Below, piece by piece: positions 16,145 through 24,127 of a stretch of 24,732 nucleotides of DNA (position 1 is its first letter; the number at the start of each line of letters is the position of its first letter). Under the pieces are notes generated by a model that saw only the letters and a list, made by a program, of their open reading frames with translations, was not told the origin of the DNA and searched no databases. The stretch is from the IMG/VR virus record IMGVR_UViG_3300017914_002447, positions 1 to 24,732 of that record; one strand, given 5' to 3'. The stretch is from a virus. Taxonomy: Duplodnaviria; Caudoviricetes. Position numbers and translations under genes: made by a program.

Positions 16145-17023
16145 ATGGCTAAAAGAGATACACATTGTTCAGATAAATGTTGCGGTTCAGATGTAAAAGC
16201 TGAAGACTGCACATGCCCACCAACTTGCAAGCATTGTAACTGCAATGCAGAAAATGTTAGTGAAGGCCTAGTTGATATGGCTGATATTGCAGAGCGTGAT
16301 CACGAAGTACAAATGGCACGTGCTGAACTGTACAAAATTGCAAAGTATTCAATGAAACTACATGATATGCTAAAAGGTGTTTCGGAGGCCGAAGGCATTG
16401 AAGGTTGGATGCAAAGCAAGATCACAAAAGCAGCAGACTACTTGGGTTCAGTGTATCATACAATGGACTATGAAGTAGCAACAGAGAGTAAGAAAAAACC
16501 TGTTACCAGCAGAATGACAGAAGCAGACGCAACTAATTATAAGAATGCGCTGGCAGAGCGTATGGCTCAAAAAAAAAGTGATTTAACCGAACTAGGCGCA
16601 GATACACTGTACAAGTACTGGAACAAGTCTTATGACGATGTTAGCGATCCTGATGGCAAAGATCCTGAAAAGCTAAAAAAGCGTAGAGCTTTTATGAAAA
16701 AAGCAGCAGCACAACACAACAAGAAAAAAGGTTGGGAGCGTCCACAGGGTGCTAAAAAGTCTGCAGGAGATGCAAGCAAAAGTGCAGCAGCACTTGCAAA
16801 ACATCTTGCTAAAAAGGACATGCGTTCAGACGAACAGACAGCGCAACAGCGTATTCGATCAGCAAAAGATAGAGCCGCAGCAGATAATGCCGAAGCAGAT
16901 GCATTAGTAGCTCAGAACCGCAAAGAAAAAGAAATTGCCAAATTAATCAAAACTAACGATGATAGAAAGTTGCATACTTCAAAAGTTGGTGCTGAAAGAA
17001 CAAAACTTAGAAGAGTAAGATGA
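16145..17023 (+). CDS. Modular putative prohead core/internal protein with Cys-rich N-terminus
   Basis: HCSDKCC...CTCPPTCKHCNC module; VSE, MTE and LTE sites; DHEVQMARAELY...EGWMQSKITKAADY helical module; Lys/Ala-rich C-terminal module. Confidence 0.8.
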   Translation: MAKRDTHCSDKCCGSDVKAEDCTCPPTCKHCNCNAENVSEGLVDMADIAERDHEVQMARAELYKIAKYSMKLHDMLKGVSEAEGIEGWMQSKITKAADYLGSVYHTMDYEVATESKKKPVTSRMTEADATNYKNALAERMAQKKSDLTELGADTLYKYWNKSYDDVSDPDGKDPEKLKKRRAFMKKAAAQHNKKKGWERPQGAKKSAGDASKSAAALAKHLAKKDMRSDEQTAQQRIRSAKDRAAADNAEADALVAQNRKEKEIAKLIKTNDDRKLHTSKVGAERTKLRRVR

Positions 17024-17166
17024 AGATTAAAGAAGTGGTAGAAAAGGCTCCTCCGGGTAGAGAAAAGCAAGTCAAGAAACTGAAAAAGAAGTTTGACGAT
17101 CCTGGAGCACCTTATGCTATTGCTTGGGCACAACATAACAAACACGGTAAGCCAAAGAAAAAATGA
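17020..17166 (+). CDS. Small basic protein (48 aa), missed by the ORF track
   Basis: MKIKEVVE-KAPPGREKQVKKLKKKFDDPGAPYAIAWAQHNKHGKPKKK; ATGA overlaps at both ends; leader nearly matches that of 15926. Confidence 0.8.
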   Translation: MKIKEVVEKAPPGREKQVKKLKKKFDDPGAPYAIAWAQHNKHGKPKKK

Positions 17167-17564
17167 AAAAGCTAGAGATCGAACAAGCAGAAGTACTGAG
17201 AAAAAAGTTTACTCCTGATTGGGAGATCCGCAAAGGTCTTTACCTATACAAAAAAGTTGCACTAGATGATTACAACAGCGTAATACGTTTTATGATGATC
17301 ACAGAAAAACCACAAGTTGAACTAGATCATTTTGCAGACTTTATGAACTTCTACAACGAACTAACTATTGCTATTACAACACATGATGTAAATGGTCTTA
17401 CAGAACTTGACTTTAAACTAGCATTGTACATGGATGAAGCAATCAAAAAAATGGGTGCTAGACAGCTAGATGAGAAGTGGAGTGCAAAATACAAGCGTAG
17501 TATAAATTGCAGCAATCCAAAAGGCTTTAGTCAAAAAGCACACTGTGCAGGACGTAAAAAGTAA
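17163..17564 (+). CDS. Pterin-4a-carbinolamine dehydratase (PCD/DCoH)-fold protein fused to a basic Cys/His module
   Basis: W...LYKK...DH(F)AD...ITTHDVNGLTELDFKLA..MD matches the PCD pattern; then LDE-KWSAKYKRSINCSNPKGFSQKAHCAGRKK. Confidence 0.7.
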   Translation: MKKLEIEQAEVLRKKFTPDWEIRKGLYLYKKVALDDYNSVIRFMMITEKPQVELDHFADFMNFYNELTIAITTHDVNGLTELDFKLALYMDEAIKKMGARQLDEKWSAKYKRSINCSNPKGFSQKAHCAGRKK

Positions 17565-18202
17565 TGCAACTACAGAGTCTGAATCCAGTATTTACTACAG
17601 ACCCTTACTTGCAAAATCCAATTGATCCAGAACTACTACACAAATTGAGACTTGACCATTTTGACAAAGATGGTTATGAAGTTCCAACACTGTTAGAACG
17701 CTTTTATTATGAAGCACAAGGTGTTAGATTAGATGACGAAATACAATACCATATAGCACCTGCACAAGCGTGGTATAGAGACAGTGACAACAGCGAAGCA
17801 GGATTGGTTTTAGACCACTGTATGTTGCTTACACGTCATGCATTTGCAGGAGAAGCAAGAGCTCAACTAGTAGAAGCAGAAAAGCAAAGACCTATATTCA
17901 ACAAACTGTTAGGAATACAACCCAAATATGGTATTGACTTTAGTTTGGATTATATCACACATGATGTGTGCATGGAAGTAATACACATAGAACAAGATTT
18001 TGACAACTTAGAAGAAGCAAACGAAGCAAAGCAAAATCTTGAACAAATTATAGAAAAAACAGATTGGCAGCAAGGTGCAGAAGACTTGCTTAAATGCAAA
18101 AGCGAATGGGAAGATTTATCCAGCGATGATCACAGCGATTACAAAGCACAATTCTTTGGTTGGCATAGAGCATTTGACAACAAAAAAGTGTTTAGTACTT
18201 GA
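17564..18202 (+). CDS. Hypothetical acidic phage protein
   Basis: 212-aa ORF, TAATG-coupled; no motif recognised. Confidence 0.8.
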   Translation: MQLQSLNPVFTTDPYLQNPIDPELLHKLRLDHFDKDGYEVPTLLERFYYEAQGVRLDDEIQYHIAPAQAWYRDSDNSEAGLVLDHCMLLTRHAFAGEARAQLVEAEKQRPIFNKLLGIQPKYGIDFSLDYITHDVCMEVIHIEQDFDNLEEANEAKQNLEQIIEKTDWQQGAEDLLKCKSEWEDLSSDDHSDYKAQFFGWHRAFDNKKVFST

Positions 18203-18227
18203 CTTCTGTTAAATAATCAACTATAAT
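18199..18227 (+). promoter_or_regulatory. Near-consensus sigma70 promoter with nested late-type TTAAATA
   Basis: TTGACT-17 nt-TATAAT; the spacer contains TTAAATA (18209-18215); AAGGAG RBS downstream. Confidence 0.85.
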
Positions 18228-18250
18228 CATATAAAACTAAGGAGCATTGC

Positions 18251-18517
18251 ATGAGCGATAGAGTCTATGGATCAGAAGAAAAAGCAAAACTTGAACGGCT
18301 AGTCAGAGAAGGTGTAACTGTATTACAAGAAATTGAAGATTTGCAAGGCGGATTAAAAGAAACTGTAAAAGCAGTAGCAGAAGAATTGAATGTAAAACCA
18401 AGTCTTATTAATAAAGCTATCAAAGTCGCTCAAAAACGTGACTGGAGTCGTCATCAGGACGAGTTTGAAGATCTAGAAACATTGGTTGCAACAGTAGGTT
18501 ATGATAAAGACGATTGA
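18251..18517 (+). CDS. Small dsDNA-binding protein, T4 DsbA / GapR-like
   Basis: 88-aa helical protein, L..L......L.EIEDL...LKE.VK...EEL.VKP..INKAIK...K, followed by an acidic helix. Confidence 0.65.
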   Translation: MSDRVYGSEEKAKLERLVREGVTVLQEIEDLQGGLKETVKAVAEELNVKPSLINKAIKVAQKRDWSRHQDEFEDLETLVATVGYDKDD

Positions 18518-19409
18518 TATTGTTCAATTCTATATAAGTCATACTTGTAATATAGCATGTCCTGGATGTTTTAGTTTTAATAACTTTGCCATTTCAGGGC
18601 ATGATCTATTTGCAGATTACGAAAAAGATGCAGAAGCATGGAGTAATGTCATACTGCCCAAAGACATGAGCATTATTGGCGGCGAACCTATGACCAATCC
18701 TGACTTGCATAATTGGGCAATGGGCGTTAGAAAATATTTCCCTAAATGTAGAGATTTCAAAATCTGCACAAATGGATTACTTATCGATCGTTGGCGTCAG
18801 CATATTCCGGAATGGTGGGACAACCATATTATTCTAGAAGTCAGTGCTCATACCGAGGCACACTTTGAAAAAGCACAAAAAGATATTGAAAGTATTGTTG
18901 GAAATAAAGATATTGTAAAATGCACAGTGGATAATGTTCACCAACATGCAGCAATACCAGCATATTATACTGAAGATTATTGTGTATTTTATGTGTACAA
19001 TGGCAAGGTTGTAAGTTTAATCAGTAAACAGTACAATTTTGAAAAATGGGGCATAAAAAATATAAAAGACAACACCATAAAATTCCATAATAGTGATCCT
19101 GTACTTGCGCACAGAAATTGTCCGATTAATGATTGTCATTATATATACAAAGGCAAACTTTATAAATGCGGCACAATTGTTGGAGCACAAGATTTAATTG
19201 AAAAATACAATGTAGATAAAAAAAGTGCAAAACTTTGGAAACGATATAAACCTCTAGAACATTCACAACCTGACATTGAAGAACAAGTGCAAATGATTAG
19301 CACTACACCTGTGTCACAATGCAGATTATGTCCTACTAATCCTAAAATGCACAAAATCAAGGACAGCGATATCAAAAAAGTAAAGCTGGGTTACAGATTA
19401 GATAATTAA
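18501..19409 (+). CDS. Radical SAM protein with C-terminal Cys-rich auxiliary region
   Basis: CNIACPGC (CxxxCxxC), GGEP and TNG motifs; C-terminal CPINDC...GKLYKC...CRLCP (SPASM/twitch-like). Confidence 0.9.
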   Translation: MIKTIDIVQFYISHTCNIACPGCFSFNNFAISGHDLFADYEKDAEAWSNVILPKDMSIIGGEPMTNPDLHNWAMGVRKYFPKCRDFKICTNGLLIDRWRQHIPEWWDNHIILEVSAHTEAHFEKAQKDIESIVGNKDIVKCTVDNVHQHAAIPAYYTEDYCVFYVYNGKVVSLISKQYNFEKWGIKNIKDNTIKFHNSDPVLAHRNCPINDCHYIYKGKLYKCGTIVGAQDLIEKYNVDKKSAKLWKRYKPLEHSQPDIEEQVQMISTTPVSQCRLCPTNPKMHKIKDSDIKKVKLGYRLDN

Positions 19410-19435
19410 AAGTAAGTAATAGAACGGAGACTCAT

Positions 19436-19939
19436 ATGAAGCAAGGCAAAATTAATCCATGTTGGCAAGATCAACAATTTTATAGTTTACCATATGAAAG
19501 TGCAGGTGGCTATGGCGGAGATGAGTACATCATGTACGGACACGATCCTTACAAGGTTATAATCAACAATGATGTATATGTTGGACCAAAAGAAATCATG
19601 CCTGAATTTTGGAAAGATGTTGTAGAACAGCTTCCAGATCACGATCATTATGAAGTTGCATTTTATAGAACACCTCCTGCTAATATTTTACCATTACACA
19701 AAGACATGTATGCAAACTTTATGAAGATGCACAACATAACCGATGTAAACACTATTACACGTTATATTGTATTTCTAGAAGATTGCAAATTAGGCCACTA
19801 TTTCCATGTAGAAGATACCTGTTTATGTGATTGGAAAAAAGGCGATTGGATCAGTTGGACCGGTAGTGCACCACATGCTGCATACAACATGGGTGTTGAA
19901 CATAGGTTTACTTTGCAAGTAACAGCATTTGACAGATAA
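19436..19939 (+). CDS. 2OG-Fe(II) oxygenase-like (cupin) protein
   Basis: HKD...H facial triad (LPLHKD; PHAAYN) and distal R (RFTLQVT); GGAG RBS. Confidence 0.75.
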   Translation: MKQGKINPCWQDQQFYSLPYESAGGYGGDEYIMYGHDPYKVIINNDVYVGPKEIMPEFWKDVVEQLPDHDHYEVAFYRTPPANILPLHKDMYANFMKMHNITDVNTITRYIVFLEDCKLGHYFHVEDTCLCDWKKGDWISWTGSAPHAAYNMGVEHRFTLQVTAFDR

Positions 19940-20990
19940 AATTGTAATTGCTTTCACAGAAGGATACGCCGATTTTGAATCCTGTCCTGCTGAAATATTA
20001 AAAACATACAATCCAAGTGAACTACACATATTCGAAATGGAAGAAGCGTATCCTATTTCAGAATATATCAATATGGTTGACGATCCTGTATTCGATCAAG
20101 CAGTTGAGAACGGAACAGTCAAAATACACTGTGTACATCTAGCACCAGGAACACAAAAACAAAAATATCACAGCGAATTTCCAGATTGGGACAAATTAGC
20201 AAGTATACAACCAACACGTATGCGTGAATTTACACCAGAAAAAACATTCCTTACACAAAATCACATGATCGGATATCATAGAGATTATCTTGTTGAACAA
20301 TTGTACAATAATAATTTGTTTGAGCACGGGTTTGTAAGCTACACAGAGACACCTTATGAACACAATGATGACGAAATCAGTAAACAATATGCCAAAGATA
20401 GAAAACGAAGCAAGATAAAACGCAAGTGGCAAACAAGCAAACATTTGCATAAGTTTTTTCCATACGATAAAGAGAATCACATACCTGATTTTGTGTATGA
20501 TTATTTTGATAATCCACCTCCACCGTTGGATTATTGGGAAAAAGCACTGTTTAACATAGTTACAGAATCATGGTATAAGCCTAAAATAAAAGATGTAAAT
20601 TATATTAGTGAAAAAACTTACAGTTGCCTTTATCATGCGCAACCATTTATAATTGTTGGTTGTCGATACATGAATAGCTTACTAGCAGAGCAAGGATATA
20701 AACAATACCCTTGTTTTGATTACAGCTTCGATACTTTACCAAGTATTGAACAACGTATTGATTCAGTGGTTGAACAAACAAAACAATTGGCTAGACTAAA
20801 TATAGAAGAAATTTACCACACCTTAAAACCAATAGCAGAATATAATCAACAAAAGTTTTTAAACCAAGTAAAAAATATAAAAATACCTGCTATACTTGAG
20901 GACGAAAATGCAATAATTTTTCCAAGAGCTGCATTGTTAAAAACTTTTATGCAAGGCACAAAAAACTATGCAAAAAGTAAAAACATGTAG
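19929..20990 (+). CDS. Glycosyltransferase-like protein (GT10/GT-B-like C-terminal motif)
   Basis: FNIVTES...YISEKT..(CL)...QPFIIVG resembles the F.l.fEN...YitEK...P.v.G motif of GT10 fucosyltransferases; TTG start. Confidence 0.55.
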   Translation: MTDKIVIAFTEGYADFESCPAEILKTYNPSELHIFEMEEAYPISEYINMVDDPVFDQAVENGTVKIHCVHLAPGTQKQKYHSEFPDWDKLASIQPTRMREFTPEKTFLTQNHMIGYHRDYLVEQLYNNNLFEHGFVSYTETPYEHNDDEISKQYAKDRKRSKIKRKWQTSKHLHKFFPYDKENHIPDFVYDYFDNPPPPLDYWEKALFNIVTESWYKPKIKDVNYISEKTYSCLYHAQPFIIVGCRYMNSLLAEQGYKQYPCFDYSFDTLPSIEQRIDSVVEQTKQLARLNIEEIYHTLKPIAEYNQQKFLNQVKNIKIPAILEDENAIIFPRAALLKTFMQGTKNYAKSKNM

Positions 20991-21016
20991 ACAAATGAAT
21001 AAAAAAGTGTTACTAT
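20988..21016 (+). promoter_or_regulatory. Sigma70-type promoter for DNA polymerase
   Basis: TAGACA-17 nt-TACTAT with extended -10 TG; AGGAG RBS before ATG 21040. Confidence 0.7.
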
Positions 21017-21039
21017 GATAAGACTAATTAGGAGACTCC

Positions 21040-23703
21040 ATGCCATACGTTGATGCATTTTTTGATAGAGACGCAGACATTATTCGTACAGTTGAACGCC
21101 GTGATGGCAAAAGACGTTTTACAGAATATCAAGCAAAGTACACTTGGTACTATGAAGATCCACGTGGCAAATATAAAAGTATCTACGGCGATCCATTAAC
21201 AAGAGTTGTATGTAAAAATACAAAGGACTTTCGAAAAGAACTTGCTATTAACAAAGGCAAGAAAATGTTTGAAAGCGATGTAAATCCAATCTTCCAATGC
21301 TTGAGCGAAAACTATCTTAATCAAGATGCTCCAAAGCTGAATGTTGCATTTTTTGATATTGAGACAGACTTCGATCCAGAACGTGGTTTTGCTGATCCAA
21401 GCGATCCATTTATGCCTATTACAGCTATCACTGTGCATTTGCAGTGGATGGATGCATTGATTACATTTGCGCTGCCGCCAAAGACACTAACAATGGCAGA
21501 AGCACAAGCAGAATGTACTGAATTTGATAACACATTCTTGTTTGAAAAAGAAGGTGATATGCTGGAAGCGTTCCTTGACAGTATCGAAGATGCAGACATC
21601 TTGTCGGGTTGGAACAGCGAAGGTTATGATATTCCGTACACAGTGAATCGTGTAAGTAGAGTGTTGAGCAAAGATGATACAAGACGTTTTTGTTTGTGGA
21701 GTCAATTGCCTAAACGTAGAGAATTTGAAAAGTTTGGTAAAACTGCTGAAACATTTGACACTATCGGTCGAGTGCATATGGACTATCTTGAACTGTACCG
21801 CAAGTACACATATGAAGAGCGTCACACATATCGACTAGATGCTATCGGTGAAATGGAAGTTGGTGAAAACAAAACTGTGTATGAAGGTACACTCGATCAA
21901 CTTTACAACAACGATTTCAAAAGGTTTATTGAATATAATAGACAAGACGTTGCACTACTTGATAAAATTGACAAAAAGTTGCGTTTTATCGATCTTGCTA
22001 ATGAAATTGCACATGACAACACTGTGTTGCTACAAACAACAGCAGGTGCAGTTGCAGTTACAGAACAAGCTATTGTAAACGAAGCACATAGACGTGGGTT
22101 GCAAGTGCCTAATAGGAAAGAACATGAAGGCGGAACAGCAGCAGCTGGTGCTTATGTTGCATTTCCAAAGAAAGGCGTGCATGAATGGATTGGCAGTATG
22201 GACTTGAACAGTCTATATCCAAGTATTATTCGTGCATTGAATATGGCACCAGAAACTATTATAGGACAAATACGTCCAGATTTGACAGATGAGTTTTTGC
22301 ACAATGCACAAACACTGGAAAAGAAATCATTTGCAGGTGCTTGGGAAGGCAAGTTTGGTACATTAGAATATGATGCTGTGATGGAACAGCGTAAAGATGT
22401 TGCACTGACACTGGATTTGGAAGACGGAACCAGTCATGTGCTCAGTGGTGCTGAAATTTACAAATTGATTTTTGACAGTCAGCAACCTTGGATGCTGAGT
22501 GCAAATGGCACTGTGTTTACAACTGAAATTGAAGGTGTTGTTCCAGGTTTGTTGAAACGCTGGTATGCAGAACGTAAAGAACTACAAGCGAAGATGCGCA
22601 AGGCAATTGAAGCAGGTAACGACACAGAAATTGCATTTTGGGACAAACGACAGTTGGTTAAAAAGATTAACTTGAACAGCTTGTATGGTGCTATCCTTAA
22701 TCCAGGCTGTAGATTCTTTGATAAACGTATTGGACAATCAACTACACTTACTGGTAGACAAATTGCAAAACACATGGCAGCAGAAGTGAATAAGATTATC
22801 ACAGGCGATTATGATCACGTAGGTAAAGCTATCATTTATGGTGATACAGACTCTGTGTATTTCAGTGCATATCCAATATTAAAAGAAGATATCAATGCTG
22901 GCAATATACCATGGGGCAAAGACAACGTGATCACACTGTATGATCAGTTGTGCGAACAAGCGAATACAACGTTTCCAGACTTTATGGCAAAAGCATTTCA
23001 TTGTCCACGTCCACGTAGCGAAGTTATTGCAGCAGGTAGAGAAGTTGTTGCAGACACAGGTTTGTTTATTACAAAGAAACGTTATGCAGCAAGAGTTATT
23101 GATAACGAAGGTAATCGTACTGACAAGGATGGCAAAAAAGGCAAAGTAAAAGCCATGGGTTTGGATTTGAAGCGCAGCGATACTCCAGTGTTCATGCAGG
23201 ATTACTTGAAAACACTATTGGACATGGTGTTGGATCTAGCAGATGAAAAACAACTGTTGGACAGTATCACAGAATTTAGACGAGAGTTCAAAGAGCGTCC
23301 TGGACATGAAAAAGGGTCGCCTAAACGTGCAAACAAGATTGGACATTATCAGCGTCTTGAAGAAAAGCAAGGCAAAGCAAACATGCCCGGACATGTAAGA
23401 GCAAGCATCAATTGGAACACACTCAAGCGTATGAATGGCGACAAGTATTCGCAGGAGATTGTAGATGGTATGAAAGTTATCGTATGCAAACTCAAGCAGA
23501 ATCCGCTGGGCTATACAAGTGTTGCGTATCCAACAGACGAATTGCGTTTGCCAGATTGGTTTAAAGAACTGCCATTTGATGGCGATGCAATGGAAGAAGT
23601 TATCATTGACAACAAACTAGGTAACTTGATCGGTGTGCTAGATTATGATTTAGAAAGCACAAAACAAAATACAACATTTAACGAACTTTTTGAATGGGGA
23701 TAA
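21040..23703 (+). CDS. polB: Family B DNA polymerase (T4 gp43-like)
   Basis: ExoI DIETD, ExoII WNSEGYD, ExoIII YNRQD; polymerase motifs DLNSLYPS, KINLNSLYG, YGDTDS and KKRY. Confidence 0.97.
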   Translation: MPYVDAFFDRDADIIRTVERRDGKRRFTEYQAKYTWYYEDPRGKYKSIYGDPLTRVVCKNTKDFRKELAINKGKKMFESDVNPIFQCLSENYLNQDAPKLNVAFFDIETDFDPERGFADPSDPFMPITAITVHLQWMDALITFALPPKTLTMAEAQAECTEFDNTFLFEKEGDMLEAFLDSIEDADILSGWNSEGYDIPYTVNRVSRVLSKDDTRRFCLWSQLPKRREFEKFGKTAETFDTIGRVHMDYLELYRKYTYEERHTYRLDAIGEMEVGENKTVYEGTLDQLYNNDFKRFIEYNRQDVALLDKIDKKLRFIDLANEIAHDNTVLLQTTAGAVAVTEQAIVNEAHRRGLQVPNRKEHEGGTAAAGAYVAFPKKGVHEWIGSMDLNSLYPSIIRALNMAPETIIGQIRPDLTDEFLHNAQTLEKKSFAGAWEGKFGTLEYDAVMEQRKDVALTLDLEDGTSHVLSGAEIYKLIFDSQQPWMLSANGTVFTTEIEGVVPGLLKRWYAERKELQAKMRKAIEAGNDTEIAFWDKRQLVKKINLNSLYGAILNPGCRFFDKRIGQSTTLTGRQIAKHMAAEVNKIITGDYDHVGKAIIYGDTDSVYFSAYPILKEDINAGNIPWGKDNVITLYDQLCEQANTTFPDFMAKAFHCPRPRSEVIAAGREVVADTGLFITKKRYAARVIDNEGNRTDKDGKKGKVKAMGLDLKRSDTPVFMQDYLKTLLDMVLDLADEKQLLDSITEFRREFKERPGHEKGSPKRANKIGHYQRLEEKQGKANMPGHVRASINWNTLKRMNGDKYSQEIVDGMKVIVCKLKQNPLGYTSVAYPTDELRLPDWFKELPFDGDAMEEVIIDNKLGNLIGVLDYDLESTKQNTTFNELFEWG

Positions 23704-23704
23704 T

Positions 23705-24127
23705 ATGCGAGTAGGATTTACTTGTTCAACATTTGATTTGTTACACGCAGGACATATACAAATGTTGCGTGAAGCAAAAGAGCAATGTGACTATCTTATC
23801 GTAGGACTACAAATGGATCCTAGTGTAGATAGACAAGAAAAAAATTCACCAGTGCAAACTATTGTGGAAAGATATACACAGCTAAAAGGTGTAACATATG
23901 TAGATGAGATTATTCCATATGGCACCGAACAAGACCTAGAAGATATCTTGACAATGTATCATATTGATGTTAGAATACTAGGTGAAGAGTATCGTGAAAA
24001 GGATTTTACGGGCAAGGATATTTGCAAGAAGCGGGGTATCCAGCTACACTTCAACAAGAGAGATCACCGCTTCTCATCAACTGATTTGCGCAGGCGTGTA
24101 GCCGAAAGGTATGTAAAGAGTGAATAA
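23705..24127 (+). CDS. Cytidylyltransferase, TagD (glycerol-3-phosphate cytidylyltransferase)-like
   Basis: FDLLHAGH (HxGH), LIVGL, ER...L...YVDE and RDHRFSST motifs; ATG 23705 preferred. Confidence 0.88.
   Translation: MRVGFTCSTFDLLHAGHIQMLREAKEQCDYLIVGLQMDPSVDRQEKNSPVQTIVERYTQLKGVTYVDEIIPYGTEQDLEDILTMYHIDVRILGEEYREKDFTGKDICKKRGIQLHFNKRDHRFSSTDLRRRVAERYVKSE

Noticed and set aside
19402-19418. Variant late promoter (ATAATTA / GTAAGTA) before the oxygenase
   Set aside because: Each deviates from the consensus in an AT-rich gap; not supportable without genome-wide motif data.
21040-23703. Possible intein or intron in DNA polymerase
   Set aside because: The ORF is continuous and of normal length. 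The region between motifs A and B is short and lacks intein splice residues or homing-endonuclease motifs.
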